Counted from the first letter of the stretch, positions 13,111 to 25,577 are shown. The stretch is DNA of 64,000 nucleotides from Ostrea edulis (GCF_947568905.1 NC_079165.1:102114001-102178000); one strand, 5' to 3'. The notes: generated by a model from the letters alone, not told the origin. Numbers and translations: made by a program.

Positions 13111-13995
13111 GAGAGTTCTTGAATTCGTCTTTCATAATAGCTAATATTCTCGAAAATAGAATGTAAAACTGCATGATGAAATCGATTAGTTCAAGTTTAT
13201 TTACATGAGTATAGTAAAGAAATACATATGAGTATAGTAAAGAAATACATGCGGGTCTGAACTGCGATACTTCATTACGGCATACTTCAAGAGCGCCTCA
13301 TAAAAAGTATACTGGCGTGAAGTGTTGCAGTGCAAGTATTTCTAAAAATGAAATTTATTTTTTATATTCACATTCTATATTCAATTCTGTCCGAATTCCC
13401 TGTCCTTAAAATAGACGTATATTTATCAAGATTCATACGCCCGTTGTTTACAACCGCAGCACGTTCACGATGAAATGATTATCATTACAATTTGTAAATA
13501 CATGTACATGTATATCAAAGCAAAAAAAACCATATAATTTCACAATAATCGGCTATACAATACATCAAAACCTTTGTTTTTACCTTTCTTCTGAAATATA
13601 TTCATAATGACTAAATATCCAAGATTGCTCTCGACAACAGCTGATCGCATCTTGCAAATAGAGTAACCAACGCCCAACCCGACCTCCAATAATGCAACCG
13701 CTTTCCGACCCTGCAATTAAAGCGACCACCGACCCACATCTCTCCAAAGGGACAGAAGAAAAAGAAGAAAGAAAATATTTAGCAAATCATTCTTCTTGTT
13801 TCTTCAAAGCGATCAATTATATACCCATCAATGCATTGAAATATTTCTTTGTACCGTGTATCCTTGTCAACTATCATGCGCCAACTTAAGTTCTAATGAC
13901 AAAGTCATGAAAGAGACTTATTGGACATCCATGTCTTTTCTTCCATGTTTACAATATCATTCTAAAATATATACAAAGCATGTAGATCACTACTA

Positions 13996-14222
13996 TGTGT
14001 TTGTGAAACACAAATGCCACCGATAATGGCCAGTTCCAAAGATGGCCAAGGTTACAAGGACAAATATCTTGGTACCAGTAGAAAGATCTTGTCACAAGAA
14101 ATGATCATGTGCAATATGAAAGCTCTAATATTTACCATTTAGAAGTTATGACCAATGTCAAACCTTTTAAAGGTAGGTCAAACGCCAAGGTCAAAGGGTT
14201 TAGTACCCACCGAAAGGTCTTG

Positions 14223-14268
<46 letters not shown>

Positions 14269-14352
14269 CTCAAAGGTTATCAGCAACATTAAAGTTTCAG
14301 ACAGAATTACAAAATGACAGACAGGACAAAAACAATACCCCCCCCCCCCCCC

Positions 14353-14384
<32 letters not shown>

Positions 14385-14385
14385 A
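13996..14385 (-). mobile_element. Non-autonomous Helitron/HINE-type repeat in the TLR 3' region
   Basis: Reverse-orientation copy of the element starting at 63806 (tttatgccccc..gatc...gacagacaggacaaaaacaata; catgtgaaatatcaaagctct repeats). It ends about 23 bp from the TIR stop codon. Confidence 0.75.
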
Positions 14386-14408
14386 ACCCTGCATAAAAGT
14401 GTTTATTC

Positions 14409-16532
14409 TTATGACTTGACGAATGTAACAAATCTTTCCCAAAAGAGTTCGCTTGCAGACGTGTCATTTGGCCACTCTAAGAAAGGCGTTGTTTTCAGTA
14501 GAACATGTAACGAGTTACACATGTTTCTGGTGTCAACATTCTCCAACATCACAACAAGAAGAGACCCCCTGTCGCCCTCCACTTGCCGAGTCTGTGCCAT
14601 CATCATCTCAAACTTGCACCAATGGCTCTGAACAAAGTTGTTAGTTAACAACAAGACCACCTTTCGACTTCCGTTGATCTTCTCGATGATATTGTCAATG
14701 ATTAATTTTCCAACTTCAAAATCTCGGTCATGGAGGCACAGTCGAAGATTTTCTTTCTTTTCTAAACATGGAATCAACTTCGATATGACCCAGACGTGGT
14801 CATTCGAGTGATATGCAATGAATACGTCTTAGAGGAAATCGTCCTCACCGGGTAACCGTTCATATCCCAGTTTCTTAGCACGTATTAGATATACGTAATA
14901 TTTGATGTGCCATCGATAGTGATACACCAAACTACCAACAATGACGATTATCACCAAAGCTACACACACACTCACAGCAGCAATTACATACGGATTCAGT
15001 GGATGACAGTACGAATACGACAAGCTGAACTTTGATAGGGTTTTCCCTGCCCATTCATGGGGCGATTTACACTTATAAGTATACGGCCATAACATGAGCA
15101 CCTTCGTATTATTCTTAATCCATTCCCGGAACCAAACTAAATCGCACGTACAAAGGTAGGGGTTGCTTCCCAATGACAGTTCCTTTATGCCTTTTAGAAA
15201 TACGGGAGGGAAAGAGGTCTTGTTGATTATCGCAATTTCGTTGTGATCAAGAAAGAGCGTTTTAATTGACGACACATTTTGAAAAACCCCACTCCTCCAT
15301 GTGCTCAGCAAGCAGTTTTTCAGATTCAACGAACACAAAAAGGGCATCCTTGAAAACAAGTTTTCTGGAAGCGTCAAAGCGGAAGTGCTTTGAAGAATCA
15401 ATTTGGTTAGATTGACCAAATGATGAAGAAGCTCGAAAAGCTTGACTCCATTGAAAGTGGTCAGTCGAATCTTTGTCATGTCCAATACATTTAATCCACG
15501 ACAGTATCGAAAAATGTTTTTATAATCTGACACAGGCTGTGGTGGTCCAGAATGTGCGTCTGGAAACATATTCATGTGGTTGGCGATGTAAAGAAGACGC
15601 AAAGAAGAGCTATTGAAACAGGTAGTTTCAAAGACGATATTGTTGGAGAGTAAATACTGGAAAGATAGGCGGACTAGAGATGGCAGATCTGAAAATGTGT
15701 TGTTTGGAATAACCCAGAAGTAGTTTCCATCCAACGTTAGATTTCGAAGTTTTGGAAGACAGTTACCTCGGAAGTTGTCTTTGTCTATATCAGTTATTTT
15801 GTTTTGGCCTAAATCAAGAACTCGTAATTTTGGAACAAGGGATATTCCCGCATTACAAAATGTTGGAATATGGGTTATTTTGTTAAAACGAAGTCGAATA
15901 ACTTTCAAGAGATGCGCACTTTTAAGGCTCGTATTTGTAATTCGATTGTTATTGAGACCAATGTATTTCAGTCTTGGTAAGCTTGAGAACACCCGACTAT
16001 CAAAACTTTGTAGATTATTACTATTTAGAGAGATTCCCTCCAGTGAAGACACATTCCCCATATGGCTAAACATATCCTTCGGAAGGTTCGGAAGGGCCAT
16101 CTCAATCAGATACAACTTCTTTAGTTTGCTGTGCCGCAGACCGTGAAAACTCTTCTTCAGGATTGATACAGGAATCTGATTTCCGCTAAGGTCCAAGAAT
16201 GTTAGCCCCGGAAAAACTTCAAAGGCATTACTGGAAATGTTCCCGATTTGATTTCCCCCAAGAATCAGCTCCTTGAGTCGGAGTTTTGTTATGTTATGTA
16301 GTGTGTCCTGGTCGACAGATGGAAGAAAATTTCCTGTGAATTTTAAAACTTCTGTTTTCTCTGGGAGTTGTGGGATGTACCGTAAACGCTTACCATGTTT
16401 CTCACAAGACGCTACTCTCGCCGTACAAGTACAGAAATGTTTCGGGCATGGCCATTTGGAATCACTTTCTTGAATATAAATCACAAACAATATAAAGATA
16501 ACTTGAGATGCCTGCGCCGCCATTGTAAACAT
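14409..16532 (-). pseudogene. Toll-like receptor (single cysteine cluster, intronless) with one in-frame premature stop before the TIR domain
   Basis: Order of parts: signal peptide, LRRNT (CPKHFCTC), multiple LxxLxLxxN LRRs, LRRCT (NPYLCTCDLVWF...YKCKSP), TM helix, then GEDDFL-TAA(14829-14831)-DVFIAYHSNDHVWV...LCLHDRDFEVG...SQWC-type box (QSHWCKFE)...FWERF*. The two ORFs are in the same frame, 17 codons apart. Could be a pseudogene, null allele, truncated receptor or sequence error. Confidence 0.92.
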
Positions 16533-16693
16533 GACAAAATATCACGGACATTAAGATTGAAGTTTCGGGAAGTTCCCTTTTATCAGAAGGAAATATATAC
16601 GTATCGCATCCCCAAAAGCACGATGTATCGATCGATGCGTTTTAGATTTGTATGTACATACTTCATACGTTATATGAATATGAAAACTCTCTT

Positions 16694-16706
<13 letters not shown>

Positions 16707-16739
<33 letters not shown>
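16707..16739. repeat. (TG)n microsatellite
   Basis: TG run following a short TA run, upstream of the TLR start. Confidence 0.9.
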
Positions 16740-16740
<1 letters not shown>

Positions 16741-16969
16741 CACAGGCTGTGGTTGTCCAGAAAGTGCGTCTGGAAACATCATATTCATGTGGCTGACGGT
16801 GTAAAGATTGGAAGACATTGGCACACAGACATTTAATAAAATGGACCGGTCAAAGTGGTTAGTCGTAGAGTGTTAATGTTGTCGTGGACTCTGTTCGTAA
16901 TATACCTTGGTCGCCCTAGATGTAAAATATCTTCCTTCAAACGTACTGTATTTTAACTATCGTGTGAGC

Positions 16970-17061
16970 CACAGGCACTTATATCGCTTGGGGCCTAATT
17001 ACTATATATAAGAGTACTCTTGTATATAGTAATTAGACCCCAAGCGATATAAGTGCCTGTG
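16970..17061. repeat. 92-bp near-perfect palindrome (46-bp arms, no spacer, 2 mismatches)
   Basis: cacaggcacttatatcgcttggggcctaattactatatataagagt | actcttgtatatagtaattagaccccaagcgatataagtgcctgtg. Confidence 0.9.
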
Positions 17062-17134
17062 CTCTTCACCTACACTGTAGTGTGAAAAATTATCAAAGGG
17101 ACGTAAAATCATATTCCCAATTCAAACCGCCGCG

Positions 17135-17460
17135 TTGGTCTAGAAATAGAGTGTTCCCCTGCATGCGGAAGGTCGGTGTTCGAATCCCGGCCGCGACAGA
17201 CCTAAGTCATTATAGTTCCATTGTCAAACGCTCGGCATCAGCCTCAGGTGTGAATGTTACGGGTCCTCGGAGATGACCTTATAAACGGACGTCCCGTGTC
17301 ACAGTGAGTATGGCACAATAAGGAACTCTCTCTGCTCAATAGCCGTAAGCGCCAAGAATAGGCCGAAATTTGAAGCCCTTCACCGGTATTGGTGATATCG
17401 GTGACGTCTCCATGAGTGAAAAATTCTCGAGAGCGACGTTAAGTAAGAGACAGCCAATCA
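17135..17460 (+). mobile_element. Near full-length SINE with tRNA-derived head
   Basis: A/B boxes (gcgttggtctag; gttcgaatccc), core ggtcctcggagatgacc...cccgtgtcacag, 3' part gtgacgtctccatgagtgaaaaattctcgag. Confidence 0.85.
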
Positions 17461-17741
17461 ATCTTCCCAATTCAAGGGTTCGCGATTCACCATATCCTTT
17501 TCTCTTCAGAAATATGATAAATCATAAACCCGTGACTGGAAAGCAAACAACTTTCATGGAAAAGAGTAGAATATTTATATACATTGGGATTTTTGTTCAA
17601 GTGCAGCACAGCTTTGGCTCTATAATGGTTTGGTCCTCGTAGGGCAGCATGAAATTATCAAATTCAAACCGATTTTTTCATATAAATATGTATGGGGGCG
17701 TGAATTATTTGATTAATAGGTAATACACACAAATTGAGCTA

Positions 17742-18780
17742 TCAAAAGTGAAGACAACGAACAGTGATCAATCTCATAATTCCCATAAAGAATACAAAAT
17801 TAAGAGTAGGGAAAACACACACCCCCTGGACACACTAGAGATGGACTTAGATCCCCGTGCAATCTAATTAAAGCAAGATCCTATGATCCGCTCATCTACC
17901 ACCGCTACCTAGTGAAGCGAAAGTAGATCATATGATCTAATTTTAATTAGATTGGTCCCCATGAGGAGTAAGCATCCCCCGTTGGCTGGTCGCACCAGCC
18001 CTGAGCCCCTATCTTGATAAGGTAAACGGAGTAATCCGTAGTCAAAATCAATATGTAAAGAACGGCCTATCAGTTTATATGGAGCACGTCAGACAGCATT
18101 CTACCAAACGACAGGTTGTATGTACAAGTAAGGTCGTTATAACGAACTTAGATTGTTCGAAAAACTTACTTCAAACGAGACTGTTGAGAGCCCAGAAGGA
18201 GTAAGCATCCTCTTTTAACCGGTCACACCCACTGTGAACTTGATACCTCGATCGGGTAAATGGAGTCATCGGTGTGCAAAGAACGGCTTCAATATTGGTA
18301 TGAAAATTGTCAGCATTTGACACAATGACAGGTTGTAATGGTAAATTAATAACGACCATCAAATTTGCGAAATGCTGACTTTAAACAAGAGTTGAAATCC
18401 ATGTAATATCAACTTATTTGCCAGTACCTTGCCTCGATTTAAAATTGATCATATGCACAACACGCTCTCATTTATCGAATCAGTCGAGATACATAAACAC
18501 CGTATGCTGGTGATAATGGCATGATGCTGCATAAATCTGGGAAGTTGACGACGGAGAAGCTGAAGTCGTCCCGTTTGTCATAAAGTTGATTTGTCATTTT
18601 GCCCGTAATGTATAGAAATATGTAGCAGATATGGAAGACGCTGTGGTGTCTTTTATTTCGAGTTCACTAGGATATTTATACCGAATCAACAAATGAATGA
18701 TGATGGACGTTGTTAATACATGTAGATAAAACGTCGTCGATATATCTAAATGTTGTGGTGATTTGTTCTTTTCATGTACA
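17742..18780 (-). mobile_element. Degenerate Penelope-like retroelement: RT fragment plus a partial tandem second 3' copy
   Basis: Minus-strand translation gives FRYIDDVL (RT motif C, near 18740) and LYDKRDDFSFSVVNFP...SPAYGVYVSRLIR. The 3' region (about 18345-18200) is repeated at about 18195-17742 and is homologous to 11046-11594. Confidence 0.75.
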
Positions 18781-20639
18781 AGTTTTTGAATAAATTCTGC
18801 CTCATATGTGAGCGGATCAAAGGATTTGTTGAATATCTTTTTAATTCAACAATCAATCTATTCAATACTAAAGGGAATTTCCCTTAGGACAAAATATAAA
18901 AGCACATAGAGAAGTGTAAAATATTCGTCTTAATGAAATGAACCATAGAAAAATTAATGAAAATTCATTGGCCTATATATGAAAACTACGTCATCACTCC
19001 ATAAATAATGCTTCTACTTTCCCTAGTTAAGATTTGTTAATTTATCTCAAGAAAAGGCAATCGTACTCTTGAACAGCAGGGCGTGATTATCAAATTTTAG
19101 CTCATTTACAAAATATAACAGAAAAAACCCAATAAATGAAAATGTCTGCATGTAGTCTAGTTAATATTTATCGCACAAGAAGGTCCATCGTCACAAATCA
19201 AGGCTTTACGTACCCTCCACACAACTTGTGAACGTATTCACAAACACTTGACTTGTGGGGATGACGAAGGTTCTGCTAATGACTATCTGATACACTCGTA
19301 CCTCCTTATCAAAAGGAAAACTACATACATATATGTGCAATTATTTGCATTATATATTATTATATCAACGTTTAAAGTGGCATATAGGTTTATTGATTTG
19401 TATATTGTGATAAAATTGGATGTATGAATATATGTACACATACCACTATAATAAATAAAATTACTACTACTACTTACTACTACTATACACTGTTGTCAGC
19501 TTCTTATTACCTTGACAATGAGTGTCAATGACCCTACAGGTTAGGTTGTGGTTTTTCCCCCGCAAAAAATAAATGGTTTGAACTTTCGTATGAAGACAGT
19601 TACTATTTGGGTCCAACGTCACGGATTGCGTGAAGAAGGGTGTTTAATTTCGGTATTCGTTGCAGACACGGGGTCTCAACGGTTGCGGTGACTTGAGAAT
19701 ATTCAACCAACATTTTTGACTCGTCAATATTAAAATTCCACAGAAATCCACAGAACTGGACAATATACAATTATTGCTGTTTTTGAGGTCAATGCGATGA
19801 TTTAGACACCCGAGGAGTACAATATTCACCGAGCCCGAAGGTACTTCGAAGGTGGCAATAATTGTTTTATTATATGATTAAAAAACGTTCAAGATTGTTC
19901 TTTGCTTTAATTGTAAGTTTCAACGACCTATTTTTGGTCCTATGTGGAAAAAATAATTCCTTATGTTCACCTGAAAGGTCACGTGCAGGTAAACATAACG
20001 TAGTATGATTTCTACATTGTTGGAAAATTTATCTCCTCTTTTGTTCTCGCTCTATATCAATGACTTAGAAGAATTTCTTTCTAGTAAAAACGTGCTTGGA
20101 CTCTCTATTAATTCAAGTATACCAAACACTGACGAAAACCAATGTCTACTTTATTTAAAACTTTTTATTTTATTCTATGCCGATGATACATTGATTATAT
20201 CAGAATCTGCAGTGGGATTACAACATGCTCTTAATGAGTTTCATTCATATTGTATTCAGTGGAAATTACATGTCAACGTTGATAAGACAAAAAATATGTT
20301 TTTTTCCAAAGCCATGTATGGGGTTATACGAAAAATTAGACAATCACTAAGCGCACGGTACTGGTGTCACTTTACGTTACGCTTATAACGTCATAAATTG
20401 TGGCAAAATATAATCACGAAAGCAACGTCACATTTTAAACAAATTCATTATCTCCAAGCTATACTATCATAACTAAAGCACATGCATGATTTAATGTTTA
20501 AAAATTCAAAATAAATCTTTGTACGTGTACTGTATAGTGTACATTCATGAAAATTATGAATTCTTAGAAATACTCCAAAGTATACGTACTGTATTTATTT
20601 CACCGTGCCTACAACAGCAGGCATGTCGTATGAAATAAG

Positions 20640-20719
20640 GGTAACCTTTTCGGTAGGTTTCGTTTCGCTTCGGTAGATTTTGTTTCATTTCGATTTCGAT
20701 TCGCATTTTACAGGTAACC
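20640..20719. mobile_element. Solo TIR remnant of the element at 21477-22709
   Basis: tttcggtaggtttcgtttcg...cgcattttacaggtaacc matches the right end of that element. Confidence 0.6.
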
Positions 20720-21476
20720 ATCCCATGAAATAAGGCTTGTAATTCTTCTGAATGACCTCTGAGAAATTTGAACACAGTAAAAAAAATCAGTTTTGGTTTT
20801 TTCTAGGATATATATTGCATGGCTAATTGTATGTTTTAATGAATTTCTATATTTTTTGTGTTTCTTTTTCTCACATTTTAACCCGTTTTGCTCTATACTT
20901 TCTCACCACCTCTGATGTTTGTTTATATTCAGTCTGATTGATTGCTAGCCTTAGTTCTCGGCATTTTTGGAGTTAATATATCTATAGAATTCAAGCCTTT
21001 CCCTTTATGATATTTTCTTTTTCTCATCCACTTTCTGAAATCCATAATAAAATAACAAAAGTCTTTTTAAAACTCTCATAAATTTAAGCTTTTACAATCT
21101 ATTTTTTGTTGGGGAGGAGGGGGGTCGTCATGGAAGTGAAAAATGATTTAATCATAAATTCAAACCTTTCCATATTTTTGGAAAAAAAAGCTACGAGATT
21201 AATTTGGTACATTGTACATATATGAGCACTTATGGCTTATTTACCAAATCGAAACTTATTACCAGCCTGGAATGTCAACTTGATTTGTTCGATAAAGTTG
21301 TTGCACCTGTACTTTTGTATGGTTGTGGGATTTGGGGGTTCGAAAATCTTGACATTATTGAGCGAATGCACTTAAAATATATTTTCAACTTAAAAAGTAG
21401 TACTCCAAATTATATGGTCTATGGAGAAACTGGCCGCTTTCCTTTATATGCAACAGTGTATACAAGAATGATTTCT

Positions 21477-22709
21477 GGGTACCTGTAAAGTGCGAAACGA
21501 AACGAAACGAAATCTACCGAAACGAAACCCACCGAAACGAAACGAAACCTACCGAAACGAAACGAAACAGATTGTATAACCGAACTCTTTTAATTATAAT
21601 AATTAAAAATGGTATCTTAGGCCCCTGTGAAAGTTACCACATATAAATAAAATTCGCCTCCCCTTTGATGTAGGCTTTCGACTTGACTTACAAAGTTTTA
21701 AAAGTTGGAAAGGGGGGAGTAAGCACAAAGTACATATCCGTAGTTGATTAAATGCCATGTACAATTAGTTTCGGATTCATACATTTCAGAACCGAGGGTT
21801 ACAGTCTCAGGGATCTGGGGAAACACACTATACGAGGGGTGGGGTCGCCGACGTTGGATCCGCCTTTGGGCATAGATACATTGTTTGAAGAAGCTGGTGT
21901 CTGAGAAAATTGAAAGCAGGAAGAGCTCTTAACCTCTTATTTTATCTCTAACTGCTGAGGTGCGAGTACTTTCAATAATGGAAAAACTCTATACATTTGG
22001 GATGTTGCTAAGACGGGGAATTGAAAACGGGACGGAAAACGGATTTTTTTTTAATGCAATAATATTAGGAGGAGGTCGGCATTTTGTAAACTGAAAAGGC
22101 TTATGAACAAGGGGATTTTAAGCAGAAATCACAAAGAGAACGGGAGGACATATTCAGAATCCACCGTTTGATATAGTATATAAATACACAATATCCACAT
22201 GTATACATATATTTGTCTTTAGAGCAAAAAATACTGAAACATGTATTTATGCCCAAAATCGGATTCAACGCCGACGACCCCATCCCTCGTTTAGTGTGTT
22301 TCCCCAGACCTCTGACCTGTGAGACTGTAATCATCCGTTCTGAAATTTATGGATCCGAAGCTAATTGCACATGGTATTTATGTACTTTGTGCTTACCCCC
22401 CCCCCCTTAAAACTTTGTATCAGTCAAGCCGAAAGCCTACATCAAAGGAGAGGCGAATTTTATTTATATGTGTAAACTTTAACAGGGGCCTAAGATACCA
22501 TTTTCAATTATTATAATTAAAAGAGTTCGATCATACAATCTGTTTCGTTTCGGTAGGTTTCGTTTCATTTCGGTGGGTTTCGTTTCGTTTCGGTAGGTTT
22601 CGTTTCGTTTCGGTGGGTTTCGTTTCGGTAGATTTCGTTTCATTTCGGTGGGTTTCGTTTCGTTTCGGTAGATTTCGTTTCGATTTCGTTTCGCACTTTA
22701 CAGGTACCC
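21477..22709. mobile_element. Non-autonomous TIR element, long (about 230 bp) TIRs containing (GAAAC)n repeats, 10-bp TSD (Mutator/Foldback-like)
   Basis: Ends GGGTACCTGTAAAGTGCG...CGCACTTTACAGGTACCC. TSD AATGATTTCT at 21467-21476 and 22710-22719. Removing the element restores the LINE frame TRMIS|YWGRL. Confidence 0.9.
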
Positions 22710-23014
22710 AATGATTTCTTATTGGGGAAGGTTATTTTTAAATCCAGATAGTAAGATTGTGTGTAGTTTGTATAAGTATGTACATGATCTATTCTGTAAA
22801 GAAAGTTATAAGAATTCTTGGTTATCTTGTATTAAAAATATTTTTGATCTTTGTTGACACTCCAATATATGGAATGAACAAGCAGTTTTTAATACAAACT
22901 GGTTAAAAATTACTGTTGAACAACGTCTTAAAGATCAGTATATACAGAAATGGCAAAGTGATATACGGGAGTCATCTAAGGGTGAAACGTATGGCATTTT
23001 CAAAAGTGAATTTG

Positions 23015-23115
23015 CAGGCCCGTAGGCAGGATTTTTCAAGGGGGAGGGGTTACATAGACTCGCAACGCGAGTCTATCACCTCGCACCGCGAGGTGCCACT
23101 ACGGCAGGGGGTCTG

Positions 23116-23153
<38 letters not shown>

Positions 23154-23342
23154 TGGCACTTAATTTGAATTTTGGAATCATGCCTTTTTTACTATGAATT
23201 TTCATGATTTTCATAAAAAATCCCGACTTTAATAGTCACAATTCAAACAAAATGCCGACTTTAATAGTGCTTAGTAGTTTTCAAGAGGGGGGGGGGTTGG
23301 GGTTCGTACGAACCCCACGAACCCCCCCTGGCTACGGGTGTG
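23015..23342. mobile_element. 328-bp MITE with imperfect 16-bp TIRs and apparent 5-bp TSD
   Basis: CAGGCCCGTAGGCAGG versus reverse complement CACACCCGTAGCCAGG; ATTTG on both sides. Removing it restores the LINE frame KSEFGFEKYL. Confidence 0.8.
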
Positions 23343-24886
23343 ATTTGGGTTTGAAAAATACTTAAATACTTTACCTAAAAAACTTCGAACAATATTTATT
23401 AAATTTAGAACTTCAAATCACCAACTCCCAGTAGAGACTGGAAGATGGTGTGGCACTCCTAAAGACGAAAGAACTTGCCATATCTGTAATACGGGTCAGA
23501 TAGCTGACGAATACCATTTTATCCTTGAATGTAAGTTTTTTTTAATGTTATAGAAGAAAGTATCTGTGTAGAAAATATTGTCACAAACCTAACTTTTTCA
23601 AATTTTCAGAGTTAATGTCAACTTCAGACCCTAATGTACTTATCAAATTGTGTAGTTTTATATCTAAAACATATGACCAATTCTGCCTTCCTTAATTCAT
23701 TTTATGTATCTAAAACAACTCCCTGCTTTTTTCATGTGTACCTTGCATATAATATATTCTATTTGTAAATATTGTACCTCATGTACCATAATATGGTGTG
23801 AGTGAATAAAGTAAAGTAAACTGGATCTCAGTCAATTAGAGAGCTAGGAATTATTCAATCATATAATAGAGGCTATTATTTCTTGATGATTTGAATATGT
23901 TTCTTAAGTGGCTGCAATCTGCAAAACCCATCTTTGTGCACAATAGGAAAGGCACTGAATCAGAGAGAATCTATTTACTATGATGTCAGATTTAGGACAG
24001 GCGAAAGAGATTTTTGAAAAATCGTTCCCACGAAATAAAATTTGTGATTGTATTTTAAAGATTCTGCAATCCATAAGAAATTCAAGATGTATTTATTATC
24101 AATAACTACGTGATTAAAAAGGGAACGAATGTTATTTGGTGCATGGTGGGAACGAAATTGATTCCGAGTGAATTTTATTTCATGGGAACGATTTTAAAAA
24201 AAACTCACCACCTGTCCAAAACCAGCCAACGTAGTTTACCTTGTAGAACAGAACAAACGAGAAATGGACAACAATGCGATGGATATTAATTATTCTCTTG
24301 AGAGAAATGGACAGATATAGCCTTTTATGAATCACCAAGATAACTTGAAATCCATAATTATATAACCAAATCTTTTAACCATTAGCCTATACACTCTAAA
24401 ATAGATTTTATATCACCAAAATTTCAGAGAAAATCTTATACGAAGGTAACGAAGTTTAATCATGTGTTTGCTTTCTAAAAAAAATTTATTTAGAGCAAGA
24501 GAGAGAGAGAGAGAGGTTCAGTAAAACGTGTAAAGTGAGAACAAATTTCAACCAATGGTCAGACGTTGTGAGGACAAGAATTGCACTATGAGGACAAATA
24601 AATGTCCTCACAATATTACGTCCTCATAAATGTGACCTACAGCATGTGAAAGATGTTGATACAAAATATTAGCTTAGTGAGGACAAGTGGTGTGAGGACA
24701 TGTCCTTTTCTCTCTCAAAAACCTTTTTTTTTTTCATAATTCAAAAGATAGTATTAGATAAACTTTTATAGATATCCCTATATTTATACCTAACATAGTA
24801 CTTTTTTGCCTTTAGAATAATATATATATGTGTGTGTATTCTCTTCTACACATTGTGAGGACGTCCTCATTTAGTGGGTTTGGTCG

Positions 24887-24929
<43 letters not shown>

Positions 24930-25577
24930 ATCCTGAAGAATTGCGAACGATAGCATTGAACTGTGCTACTACTTTCTGGTCAATTTTTAAAAGTTGTCAT
25001 TTTGACTAGAGCGCGGGAAATAATCCGAGCTAAATCTCAACCTCTAACAAGAATTTTTTTTTGACGCCAATCCCAGAAGTCCCCCGTACAAAATGGCGGA
25101 TGGTTCGATTCGTAAAATAATAATTTAAAAAAAATCTTTGAAGTATTACAAACCTTTCTTATTTGAAAGGAAAGGATAAAAATCATATTCTTCCCCCTTT
25201 CTTTTTCTTTTTAAAATATTGTCTAAAGAAATGTAAACAGTCACGTCACAACTACCAGGCTACGAGAAGAGCAAGACAGTAATCCTACGTATTGACAGTG
25301 AACCAGATCAGTTTTCCTTGTTTTCAATATAATTTTTTTGAAAATGTATTCAGATATGCTGCGCTCGCCCCAACGGTCACACCGTAATCATATTAATCAA
25401 TCACTAATGAATTCTGCTTTGCATAAAAGGAATCTCATAAGCAAAATTGCAAAGCTTTTGAAAATATATCAAGTTGAAAATGTAGGCATGAAACCAGAGT
25501 CAACGCGCGTAATTCTTTAATTCGGAACGTGATCATGCACGGTTTAAAAGTTAGTAGTGTTTCAAGGTCGTAGTAAA

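Larger units (their letters stand above)
20005..23640 (+). mobile_element. Fragmented non-LTR retrotransposon ORF2 (RT plus C-terminal CCHC-like region), interrupted by nested DNA elements
   Basis: ENLSPLLFSLYINDL and YADD (20005-20310); VLLYGCGIWG...YMVYGETGRFPL (21230-21476); YWGRL...WQSDI (22720-23014); FRTSNHQLPVETGRW...ERTCHICN..IADEYHFILEC (23343-23535). Confidence 0.85.

Noticed and set aside
15775-16473. Plus-strand ORFs overlapping the TLR
   Set aside because: Antisense shadows of the TLR coding sequence with no recognisable motifs.
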